Positions 18,727 to 27,372 of a stretch of DNA of 64,000 bases are shown in pieces. Made by a program: the position numbers and the translations under genes. The DNA is from Chitinophagaceae bacterium. Its GTDB lineage: Bacteria; Bacteroidota; Bacteroidia; Chitinophagales; Chitinophagaceae. How positions within the stretch are numbered: position 1 is the stretch's first letter; each line of letters starts with the position of its first letter. The DNA lies in NCBI GenBank assembly GCA_043752205.1, contig JAYUYX010000141.1:14304-78303 (forward strand), in the 5' to 3' direction. The notes beneath the pieces were generated by a model. It was not told the DNA's origin, did not search any database, and worked only from the letters and a program-made list of their open reading frames with translations.

Positions 18727-20135
18727 GCCCGTTAAAATATCTCATGCTATTTGCTGTTTTAATTATATTGACTCCTGCTAAGGCGCAGGACTCATTGAAA
18801 AAATTATCGGCCCAACAGGTGATGGAAATAGTAAAACAATTCCACCCAGTGGTAAGGCAGGCAGATATTTTTATTGAAAAGGCAAAAGCGGATGTCACTA
18901 TTGCAAAAGGAATGTTTGACCCCGTGTTGCAAAATGAAACGGCACAAAAAACTTTTGATGGCAATAACTATTATTATTACAACCGTCCTGAACTTGCCAT
19001 CCCTACCTGGTTTGGTGTGGAAGTAATTGCAGGGTTAGAATATTTATCCGGCAGCCGAACCGATCCCGTAGAAACAAAAGGGAAAACCAGTTATTTCGGT
19101 ATAAGTGTGCCGTTGGCAAAAAACTTGTTAATGGATAAAAGAAGAGCTGCATTACAAACGGCAAAGATTTTTCGGGAAGCCTCAACCATTGAAAAAAAAA
19201 ATATACTGAATAACCTGCTCCATGACGCGATGAAAAGCTACTGGAACTGGGCGCAGCAATACCAGGTATATAAAATATTAACTGATGCGGTATTGGTTAA
19301 TGAAAAAAGAGTTAAGCTGATAGAAACTGCATTTCGCCTTGGCGAGCGGCCCGCAATTGATACTACCGAAGCTTTGACCCAACTGCAGAATTTTGAATTA
19401 CTGAAAAGCCAGGCCTATCTTGATTTTCAAAATACAGGCCTGGAACTTTCTGTTTATTTGTGGACAGCGGATACACAACCGTACAACCTTCCCGCAAGTA
19501 TCATTCCCGGTGATGAGTTACAGTTTTTAAACATTGCTGCTGCTTCCATTCCGGAATTAAATAATTTTTTGGAAGCGGCTACGCAAAATCATCCGGAGCT
19601 CATTATTTACAAATACAAATTGAATGTATTAAGTGTTGAAAAGAAATTAAAATTTCAGGATTTGTTACCTACTGTAAATTTTAGATACAACCAGTTGGGT
19701 AAAGGATATGATGTACTGAAAACTGCCACCGGCCCATTGTTTGAAAATAATTTTCAATATGGTCTCTCATTGGGTATTCCACTTCGTCTGTCGCAGGGAA
19801 GAGGCGGGTATAAGAAGGCGAAATTGAATATTACGGAAACACAGTTACAGCTGAGTCAAAAAAAAATACAGGTAGAAATTAAGGTAAAAAGCTACTTCAA
19901 TGAATTGATGACACTGAAAAATCAGGTAGCTTTACAGGAAAAAGCCTATAAAAATTATAAGGATTTACAGCGGGGAGAGGAAACCCGGTTTCAGGCAGGT
20001 GAGAGTTCATTATTTCTCATCAATCTTAGAGAAAATAAAACGCTGGAAGCTTTACAAAAATTACAGGAACTGAAAGCCAAATATTTTAAAAGTGAGAATG
20101 CTTTGCAATGGGCTGCCGGTTTACTTATTCAATAA
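18723..20135 (+). CDS. TolC-family outer-membrane efflux protein
   Basis: Signal peptide MSPLKYLMLFAVLIILTPAKAQ and duplicated OEP repeat pattern. The ATG at 18723 overlaps the HlyD stop (ATGA), and the track start at 18654 lies inside hlyD. Confidence 0.85.
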   Translation: MSPLKYLMLFAVLIILTPAKAQDSLKKLSAQQVMEIVKQFHPVVRQADIFIEKAKADVTIAKGMFDPVLQNETAQKTFDGNNYYYYNRPELAIPTWFGVEVIAGLEYLSGSRTDPVETKGKTSYFGISVPLAKNLLMDKRRAALQTAKIFREASTIEKKNILNNLLHDAMKSYWNWAQQYQVYKILTDAVLVNEKRVKLIETAFRLGERPAIDTTEALTQLQNFELLKSQAYLDFQNTGLELSVYLWTADTQPYNLPASIIPGDELQFLNIAAASIPELNNFLEAATQNHPELIIYKYKLNVLSVEKKLKFQDLLPTVNFRYNQLGKGYDVLKTATGPLFENNFQYGLSLGIPLRLSQGRGGYKKAKLNITETQLQLSQKKIQVEIKVKSYFNELMTLKNQVALQEKAYKNYKDLQRGEETRFQAGESSLFLINLRENKTLEALQKLQELKAKYFKSENALQWAAGLLIQ

Positions 20136-20155
20136 TTATTAAAAAAATTAAAACC

Positions 20156-20461
20156 ATGAAATGTCCAAATTGCGAAGAAACATTAGTTATGACAGAAAGA
20201 CAAGGTGTAGAAATAGATTATTGTCCCAAATGCCGTGGCGTTTGGTTAGATAAAGGAGAGCTTGATAAAATCATTGAAAAGTCCTCGTCTGCCGAATCAT
20301 CTCAACAATTGAAATCTCAGGATGAAAAACGAAATCGGGAGCATGATGACAATGACGACGACGATGAAAGTTTTTTTAACCGAAACCGGAATAATGATAA
20401 TAAAACTAACCCCAACCGAAGAAAAGGTGGATTCCTAGGCAACTTATTCGATTTTGATTAA
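20156..20461 (+). CDS. TFIIB-type zinc-ribbon protein with an acidic disordered tail
   Basis: MKCPNCE...DYCPKCRGVWLDKGELDKI zinc ribbon, followed by a low-complexity acidic tail ending GFLGNLFDFD. The preferred ATG at 20156 lies 20 nt after the tolC stop. Confidence 0.65.
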   Translation: MKCPNCEETLVMTERQGVEIDYCPKCRGVWLDKGELDKIIEKSSSAESSQQLKSQDEKRNREHDDNDDDDESFFNRNRNNDNKTNPNRRKGGFLGNLFDFD

Positions 20462-20533
20462 AAGCAGAAAAAAATATAGTAATAATTTACAGAATTATAT
20501 AGACATCCTTACTATCATTAAAAAATCCTGATT

Positions 20534-21292
20534 ATGGAATATGAAATTATTGTTTCACTTTTAACGCTGATAGCTTTGGAAGTTATCCTGGGAATAGACA
20601 ACGTTATTTTCATATCCATCTTAGCTAATAAATTGCCGGCAGATCAGCAAAAAAAAGCAAGACTTTATGGATTAATACTGGCTATGGTTTTGCGGTTGGT
20701 TTTATTGGCAATGATAGCCTGGATAATGAAATTAAACAATGACCTATTTACTCTTTTTAATCAAGGTATATCAGTAAAAGATTTGATACTGATATCAGGC
20801 GGATTATTTCTATTGTATAAAAGTTCTGCAGAAATATATCATAAAATGGAAGGAGAGCAGGGTAACCAAACCAAAAATATTAAAGCGGCCACATTTACCC
20901 AGGTGATTTTGCAAATTTTAATAATGGACCTAGTTTTTTCAATTGATTCTATTATTACAGCAATAGGAATGGTAAAAGAAGTATGGATTATGTATGTGGC
21001 TATTATTGTTACTGTTTTAATCATGTTGGTAGCGGCTGAACCAATCAGCAGGTTTGTAAATAAACATCCGTCATTCAAAATGCTTGCACTTTCCTTCTTA
21101 TTGCTGATCGGGTTTGCCCTTGTAAGTGAGGGTTTTGGTATAGAAATTCCAAAAGGGTACATCTATTTTTCAATGGCTTTTTCAATGCTGGTAAGTATTT
21201 TCCAAATGCGGATGCACAGAAATAATAAACCCGTAACAACACATGAACATTATAAAGAAGGAGAAGATAAATTGCCTAAAAATGTATTGTAA
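20534..21292 (+). CDS. TerC family integral membrane protein
   Basis: 252 aa, multi-TM. The motifs LEVILGIDNVIFIS and DLVFSIDSIITAIGM are the duplicated TerC signature. Confidence 0.85.
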   Translation: MEYEIIVSLLTLIALEVILGIDNVIFISILANKLPADQQKKARLYGLILAMVLRLVLLAMIAWIMKLNNDLFTLFNQGISVKDLILISGGLFLLYKSSAEIYHKMEGEQGNQTKNIKAATFTQVILQILIMDLVFSIDSIITAIGMVKEVWIMYVAIIVTVLIMLVAAEPISRFVNKHPSFKMLALSFLLLIGFALVSEGFGIEIPKGYIYFSMAFSMLVSIFQMRMHRNNKPVTTHEHYKEGEDKLPKNVL

Positions 21293-21310
21293 TAATAGGG
21301 GGGCTAAAAA

Positions 21311-22018
21311 ATGAAAATATTAAAAAAATATTCATTTACAATACTGTTCTCGTTCATTAGTAATCTCTGCTTTTCTCAGAATTTTGACTTAGGAAGTTGG
21401 AACATTTTAAATGTTAAATATAAAATAAATGAAAAATGGAGTGTTTTTGGTGAAGTACAAATACGTTCGTTAAAATTCTATACAAACTTTCATTATCACG
21501 AATATAAGGGAGGGATATCTTTTAAAGCCTTCAAAAATGTTACCCTTACAATTGGTGCCGGTGATTATGATACCTATAAAGAAGGCGGCAACTTTTTAAG
21601 GCCTAAAAATAATGATGAATTCCGATTGTGGCCACAGATCAATATTATACAACCGCTTGGAGCTTTTAACATGGAACATCGGTACAGAGCAGAATTCCGA
21701 TTTACCAGCAATGGTTTTAAAAATAGATTTAGGTATAGATTAGGAGTTACATATCCTTTTGGAAAAGATAAATCAGGTTTCAAGCCTTATCAACTCAGTT
21801 TAAACAATGAAATATTTTTTACAGGCAAAGAACCCTATTTTGAAAGAAACAGGATATTAGTTTCAGTTGGGTATAGAATAACAAAGCAAACTACTTTTCA
21901 ATTGGGATATTTACACCAATTTGATTACAAAATAAATGATGAAACCGGTCGTGATTTTTTACAAATGGGATTGTATGCAGAGTTATTTAATAAATTGAAA
22001 AGTAATAAATCCCGGTGA
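21311..22018 (+). CDS. DUF2490-like outer-membrane beta-barrel protein
   Basis: Signal peptide and an aromatic-rich alternating strand pattern; 235 aa. The assignment is from recollection of the family's size and pattern only. Confidence 0.5.
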   Translation: MKILKKYSFTILFSFISNLCFSQNFDLGSWNILNVKYKINEKWSVFGEVQIRSLKFYTNFHYHEYKGGISFKAFKNVTLTIGAGDYDTYKEGGNFLRPKNNDEFRLWPQINIIQPLGAFNMEHRYRAEFRFTSNGFKNRFRYRLGVTYPFGKDKSGFKPYQLSLNNEIFFTGKEPYFERNRILVSVGYRITKQTTFQLGYLHQFDYKINDETGRDFLQMGLYAELFNKLKSNKSR

Positions 22019-22106
22019 TTATACTTCCAGGATTACGTTTACTAAATGAATATTATTTAAAGCTGAATTTTAAGATTTACTTTCCTTCATAAAACATCCT
22101 TACTAT

Positions 22107-23984
22107 TTATGACGACCTGAACGCCACCGGGTGGTTTAATTTTTTATGAAGCCCCAAAAATATGCGGCAATAAATACGAATTGCCGCCAGCTCAATAAAA
22201 ATAAAACAAAGCGCCATCATTATAATTAACGCTACCTGGTTACTGTGCACATAGGTAAACAATACATCCATTCCAATAAATGCGGTTGTTACCGGGAAGC
22301 CTAAAATACCTGTTGCAGCAATTAAAAATAACAAAGAAGTTGTTTTTTGCTCATATACATAACCATGGTATTTATTCAGCGTAATATCGTTATCAATTGC
22401 CCTGGTCTTTTGCAGACAAAAATAACCCAGGCAAAAAGCTGCCAGAATTCCACTTGCATAAAAAATGATCTCAATTGAATTTACATGTTCAGCATTTATA
22501 CAGATTGCTGAAAGAATAAAAGTATGTGCTACTAAGATATACACCCATGCTGTTAAAGCCGATTTTCGGTGAGCAAAAGCAAAAAGTATCAATGCCAGTG
22601 CAATGCTTATTAAAACAATTGATATGCTGTGGTTATTTACAACGACAAATTCGGGCTTGTATACCGAAGCAACGAAAGCCCCTAGCCCCACAACGGCAAA
22701 AAATATGACAGCAGCTGTTGACTGTAAGAATTGTAATTGCATGCCAATCCATTTAAAAGGGCTCCATAAATATTTGAACATCGTTGTATCAAGGTTAAAC
22801 TCTTTAATGCCCAGTACATACAATGCGGTTCTTATTTTTGATACCGGTTTATCCTGCGGGGGGTGGTAATGAAAATACTGATGATGTACCAGGTAATTTA
22901 ATACAGATGGAGAAACCAATAATTGATATGTTCTTAAAAAAGCATTGCCTGCAAAATGTACCAATGCTAATACGTGAAATCCTAATGCTACTTCAATAAA
23001 TATTATGCCTATCTGCGCTGCAGATGAATAGGCTATCTGAGTTTTTACAGTTGGTTGTACCCTGGCGATCAATGTAGCAACAATACCTGTTAATGCACCA
23101 ACGATTATAATTGCAATTTTGATCCAGAGCATATCCTGCCAGAAAGGCCAGGTGCGTAATAATAAGAATACGCCTATATGTACGCTTAATGAACCGTAAA
23201 ATATAGCCGATGATGAAGTGGGGCCTTCCATAGCACGGGGCAGCCAGCTTGTAAATGGAAACTGTGCTGATTTTATCATGGCGGCCAATACGATCATGAT
23301 AACAATAAAGAGGGCCATATTACCGCTACCTGATTGTACAGCTGTTTGCTTCGCTTCTTCCAGTTGCGAAAAATTTATATTCTGGTTTGTAAGATGATGC
23401 ATCATCCACATGGCCAGTATCAGCGCTACATCGCTAATCCTGTAATAGGATAATGTTTTGAAAGCATTTTTTACAGGCAAATACCTGTTCCTGTAAAATG
23501 CGATCAGCAGGAATGAGGATATACCAATCAATTCCCAACCTACAAACATGGTTTCAAAGTTGCCGGAAAAAATGATCAGATTATAGCCAAGCGCAAAGAA
23601 CAGGATGGTATTAAAGAAGCGCTTATAACCTTCATCACGGTGCATATAATAACGGCTGAACTTTGATACCAGGAAAAATAATACAGCGCCCACAATACTG
23701 TACACGGCTGTTATATGATCATAATAGAACTGAATTGCGAAAACAAAATGATCGGTTTGGTAAAGCGTAACGAATTGCTCATTAACAGGGATGCGTCCAT
23801 TTACAAACCACAACACCGCATATGCTACTGCAGCAATAATGTAAAACGCTTTTGTAACCTGAACAATTAATATGATCGGTTTTTCCTGTTTATTCTGCCA
23901 CAGCAACGTGGCAAAAAACGCAATCAGCGGTATAATAACAAACAGGCTGATTGATTGGTTAAGTATGTTATCGAATTGGTTCAT
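22107..23984 (-). CDS. dabB: NuoL/MrpA-like proton-conducting membrane subunit (PF00361), DabB candidate
   Basis: 625 aa, about 14+ TM. The conserved ND5/NuoL block FVGWELIGISSFLLIAFY and AMIKSAQFPFTSWLPRAMEGPTSSSA are present. No other complex I genes are nearby, and it lies directly downstream of a DUF2309 gene. Confidence 0.8.
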   Translation of the reverse strand: MNQFDNILNQSISLFVIIPLIAFFATLLWQNKQEKPIILIVQVTKAFYIIAAVAYAVLWFVNGRIPVNEQFVTLYQTDHFVFAIQFYYDHITAVYSIVGAVLFFLVSKFSRYYMHRDEGYKRFFNTILFFALGYNLIIFSGNFETMFVGWELIGISSFLLIAFYRNRYLPVKNAFKTLSYYRISDVALILAMWMMHHLTNQNINFSQLEEAKQTAVQSGSGNMALFIVIMIVLAAMIKSAQFPFTSWLPRAMEGPTSSSAIFYGSLSVHIGVFLLLRTWPFWQDMLWIKIAIIIVGALTGIVATLIARVQPTVKTQIAYSSAAQIGIIFIEVALGFHVLALVHFAGNAFLRTYQLLVSPSVLNYLVHHQYFHYHPPQDKPVSKIRTALYVLGIKEFNLDTTMFKYLWSPFKWIGMQLQFLQSTAAVIFFAVVGLGAFVASVYKPEFVVVNNHSISIVLISIALALILFAFAHRKSALTAWVYILVAHTFILSAICINAEHVNSIEIIFYASGILAAFCLGYFCLQKTRAIDNDITLNKYHGYVYEQKTTSLLFLIAATGILGFPVTTAFIGMDVLFTYVHSNQVALIIMMALCFIFIELAAIRIYCRIFLGLHKKLNHPVAFRSS

Positions 23985-24069
23985 TGATATTTTTTGTTTC
24001 TGTTATTTATTTCTGTTACATAATACATATCCTGGCAAAACCAAGTTTCCCAACGGGGGACGCAAGGCT

Positions 24070-26598
24070 TTAATCCAATAAATACACCGGCAGATTTTCT
24101 TCGGTGGCATGTACAATATGGTTGGTTTCCATTTCACTGGCACCTTCAATAAATTCTTCCATATTGTGAATAGTTTTTATAGCATCTGCACCGGTAATAG
24201 GATCGTACTTGCTAAATGCCCCATCTTTAAAATAATAGAATTGCTTTTCGCCCGGGTGCAATGCAATGATATGTACCCATTCATTTTTATACCATTCAAA
24301 TACTTCTGGCGAAGATTGAATAGCCTGCAAAACGATCTCCGGTTTTTGTTCAACGATAACCAACAATCTTACGGGATCATGTACCTCGATCATCTGCCAG
24401 GGCAAACCTGGACGCAGATCACCATCGCTACTGTTGGCAACACCAAACAAGCCAAGCACATTGTGCGGAAGTTTGGTGCCTGCTCCCATTTTAATATTAT
24501 CAACTCTGCTGAAATAATACTCCAGGTTTATACCGCCACAAACTAAACCAATAGGCCTCATTACTGCAGATAGTATAGATCCATCCGCATCGGTTGTATG
24601 ATCATAACTGTTTAAAAAAGCCCGGCGGTCAAGGAATAACCCTTTGGTGATATGCCTGCGGCCGATGATGGCTAAAGTGTTGGTACCATGCCCTAACTCA
24701 GGTCTGGGTTCAAATAAAGAAACGGAACGGTTATGAATGGCCTTACGCACCTGTTCTAATTCCTGCCTGGTATTGATAGATGAGAATCTCCTGCTTCTTT
24801 CTTTTGCATTTAAGTTAAGAGCGGTTTCAAAATTCTGTTTATTCAATATATTTTGCGTTGCATTTTCTCCAGTTAAAATATCTTCATCATAGTAGCCAAT
24901 TACATCAGCAGCTGTATCATGCATGCTGCCAACGAACTGGGTTTTATCGGTAAGTTCAATTCCTTTTGATTGAAGTATCTCTCTTACTTTTTTATGATTT
25001 AAGATATATGCCTGTACCCTTGCATTGGTAGCCCCTGGCCTTCCGCTGCAGGCGCCGCAATCGTGTGCACCATGGTGTGGGTTGTTTGCACTGCTGCTGC
25101 CATGCGCAACAATATAAACTATCCGGGCAAAATCCCTGATCAATCCAATACCTCTTAAAAAACCTTCGGCTCTTGTAACCATCTCATCTAAAGTGTATCC
25201 TACCTGCAACCCATTTTCTACATCTTCAGTATTCTTATTTTCTATGGTTAAAGTTGAGCGGCCATCCATATGCCCGTATGCATTTGAAATGGCAGGGCTC
25301 ATTTTTGGTTTAAACAGGTTTTGAATTGTTTTGGCAAATGCCCAGAATCCAAAGCTCATGCTTAATGCAAAGCCGGTTAAAAATCCATGTGTATGTTTAC
25401 TGTAAAGCGGTTCATCTTTTTTAGACAATGCAGCATCAAATTCTTTAATGAGGTATTTTGGCGTAACCGGGGCGGGGCATAACTTATCATAGAATTTACT
25501 TCCCTGTTGCTGGAAGTAGAATTCAACACCGAAGAAACCAGGTGCACCAAAGGTTTCGCAATTTTTATCTACAGCTTCAATATGCCTGCGGATCGAATCC
25601 TCCCTTTCGTCAATACAGAATATGGCCTGGAAAGTTTTTTCCATTGCAGGCGTTTTTATATCAACGATCAGCATGCCTTTTAGTACCGAATCATAATAAC
25701 TCCATTCAAAAGCATCCTGCCATAATTCTATAACTGTTGCAAATTCCGTTTTAGCAATATCTGCAAGCAGGTCAAGCGGGGGTTCTTTTACCTGCTCAGA
25801 TAATGGCTGCCATTTATTTCCCAGCTCATGGTTCAACATGTCAAGCTCAAACAATAATTCAAATTCAATTAGCTCCTGCAGGGTTATCATTTTCCTGTCG
25901 AGCAGCGTTTGCGGGTTATCTTCAACAGCAGAAATAAATCCACTCCACCCATGATGTGCAAACTGCTGGTCAAATAAATACTGCTCAAAATATTCTTCTT
26001 TACCAACAATCGTTTTTAATAATTCAGTAATGGAGTAATTGCCAGATACAAATTTTTGTTTGATAGCTTTTGTTTTGAAAAAGCTAACACCACTATTTTT
26101 CTCAAGCATTTTCATGCTCTCAATAAAATTTCGGTTGGCAACAGGGAAGCTGTCCACAGCAATTCCCTGGTCTAAAAAAGCACAAAGGATACGGAACAAT
26201 ATAGGATGTACTTTATTATCCAGGTCTATGCTATAAACTTCTTTCCAGTGTTTTCGCAACTGGCCAATGCGTGGGCGGGTAATGGTATCATAGTTTCCTG
26301 TCAGCAGTTTTTGTTTCCATTCTTCAATAGCCCCTTTGCCTTTTTTATTGGTTATCACCATTTCAAGAATGTCTTTCCTTATCCTGCCGCTTTTATACAT
26401 TTCCCTGTATTCGGGCAATTGCAAATGCACCTGTAAACCAAATATACCAGAGGCTTTAAAAATGGCATCATAGAATTTCATGTGCTGAAAAGCATGCAGG
26501 GTATTATGATGGATAAAATCCTTTAGCGCCTGCTGTGATGGCAGGTGATGCTTTAATTCATGTATAACATGTGCTTCGTTAAAAGAATGATTACTCAT
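24070..26598 (-). CDS. dabA: DUF2309 (PF10070) protein, DabA candidate
   Basis: About 842 aa. Motifs FCIDERED and AHGSSSANNPHHGAHDCGACSG correspond to the Cys/Asp...His/Cys zinc-site pattern described for DabA. I prefer the ATG at 26598 (MSNHSF...) because the track start at 26631 is a TTG inside a hairpin. Confidence 0.85.
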   Translation of the reverse strand: MSNHSFNEAHVIHELKHHLPSQQALKDFIHHNTLHAFQHMKFYDAIFKASGIFGLQVHLQLPEYREMYKSGRIRKDILEMVITNKKGKGAIEEWKQKLLTGNYDTITRPRIGQLRKHWKEVYSIDLDNKVHPILFRILCAFLDQGIAVDSFPVANRNFIESMKMLEKNSGVSFFKTKAIKQKFVSGNYSITELLKTIVGKEEYFEQYLFDQQFAHHGWSGFISAVEDNPQTLLDRKMITLQELIEFELLFELDMLNHELGNKWQPLSEQVKEPPLDLLADIAKTEFATVIELWQDAFEWSYYDSVLKGMLIVDIKTPAMEKTFQAIFCIDEREDSIRRHIEAVDKNCETFGAPGFFGVEFYFQQQGSKFYDKLCPAPVTPKYLIKEFDAALSKKDEPLYSKHTHGFLTGFALSMSFGFWAFAKTIQNLFKPKMSPAISNAYGHMDGRSTLTIENKNTEDVENGLQVGYTLDEMVTRAEGFLRGIGLIRDFARIVYIVAHGSSSANNPHHGAHDCGACSGRPGATNARVQAYILNHKKVREILQSKGIELTDKTQFVGSMHDTAADVIGYYDEDILTGENATQNILNKQNFETALNLNAKERSRRFSSINTRQELEQVRKAIHNRSVSLFEPRPELGHGTNTLAIIGRRHITKGLFLDRRAFLNSYDHTTDADGSILSAVMRPIGLVCGGINLEYYFSRVDNIKMGAGTKLPHNVLGLFGVANSSDGDLRPGLPWQMIEVHDPVRLLVIVEQKPEIVLQAIQSSPEVFEWYKNEWVHIIALHPGEKQFYYFKDGAFSKYDPITGADAIKTIHNMEEFIEGASEMETNHIVHATEENLPVYLLD

Positions 26599-26612
26599 AT
26601 AAAATAAAAATT

Positions 26613-26634
26613 GGGTTGGAGGTTTCTCCAACCC
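26613..26634 (-). terminator. terminator-like hairpin between the beta-CA stop and dabA start
   Basis: Perfect 9-bp stem GGGTTGGAG/CTCCAACCC with a 4-nt loop. On the minus strand it is followed by AATTTTTATTTTAT. It begins 11 nt after the CA stop and ends 15 nt before the dabA ATG. Confidence 0.5.
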
Positions 26635-26644
26635 TGTTAAAAAA

Positions 26645-27334
26645 TTAATGCCTTAATTCTGCCAAACTGAATTTGGGATTTTTTTCGTCCTTTATATAGG
26701 ACACTTCCTTATAAAACTCCACCTTACCGGTATCTATATTATGCATAGCCCCAACAATCCCTATTTCGCCCTTGTCCAGCATTTCTTCCAGAATAAAACT
26801 ACGCTCAATAATATTTTTCACTCCCCGTTTCACATTTAATGAAGATACATTTTCAACAAATTTTCCGTTTTTTGAATTTCTTTTATCTACGGCCGTTGTT
26901 TCAGATTCAGCATAAACAGCGGGTTGCAATTTGGATAATAGCTCTGTAAGATTTCCCATTTCCACATGGTCGCAGGCCCCTTTTACTGCTCCACATTTGG
27001 TGTGTCCAAGAACGACAATAAGCTTTGATCCTGCTACCTTACAGGCAAACTCCATACTGCCAAGTATGTCGGTATTCACAATATTACCGGCAATTCGGAT
27101 AGAAAAAACATCGCCCAATCCCTGGTCGAAAATTAACTCAGCGGAAGTGCGGCTGTCAATACAGCTAAGTATGGTGGCAAATGGCCATTGCCCGTCACGG
27201 GTGGCATTCACCTGGGCTAATAAATCTCTCTGTGCTTTCAGGTTTTTAACAAAGCGGCCATTACCTTCCTGTAAAATTTCCAATGCCATCCTGGGTGTTA
27301 AACTAGATTGTGTTTCTTTTGTATGAACTCTCAT
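26645..27334 (-). CDS. beta-class carbonic anhydrase (paralogue of 13589-14239)
   Basis: SCIDSR and GHTKCGAV motifs. The catalytic core is near-identical to the first copy at protein level. Confidence 0.9.
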   Translation of the reverse strand: MRVHTKETQSSLTPRMALEILQEGNGRFVKNLKAQRDLLAQVNATRDGQWPFATILSCIDSRTSAELIFDQGLGDVFSIRIAGNIVNTDILGSMEFACKVAGSKLIVVLGHTKCGAVKGACDHVEMGNLTELLSKLQPAVYAESETTAVDKRNSKNGKFVENVSSLNVKRGVKNIIERSFILEEMLDKGEIGIVGAMHNIDTGKVEFYKEVSYIKDEKNPKFSLAELRH

Positions 27335-27372
27335 AATTTTTTATAGTATTTTTTTTGATAAACTAATATTGT

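Noticed and set aside
20462-20533. Riboswitches expected from gene context: yybP-ykoY upstream of terC, TPP upstream of thiL (44113-44195), SAM upstream of metF (6946-7101) and M-box upstream of corA.
   Set aside because: The leaders are too short (72-155 nt) and lack the conserved core sequences I know for these classes. No convincing multi-stem structure is seen.
22095-22106. The 13-mer ACATCCTTACTAT is shared by 20503-20515 (upstream of terC) and 22094-22106 (3' end of dabB).
   Set aside because: Tens of 13-mer coincidences are expected by chance in 64 kb of AT-rich DNA. The second copy sits at a gene 3' end with no regulatory logic.
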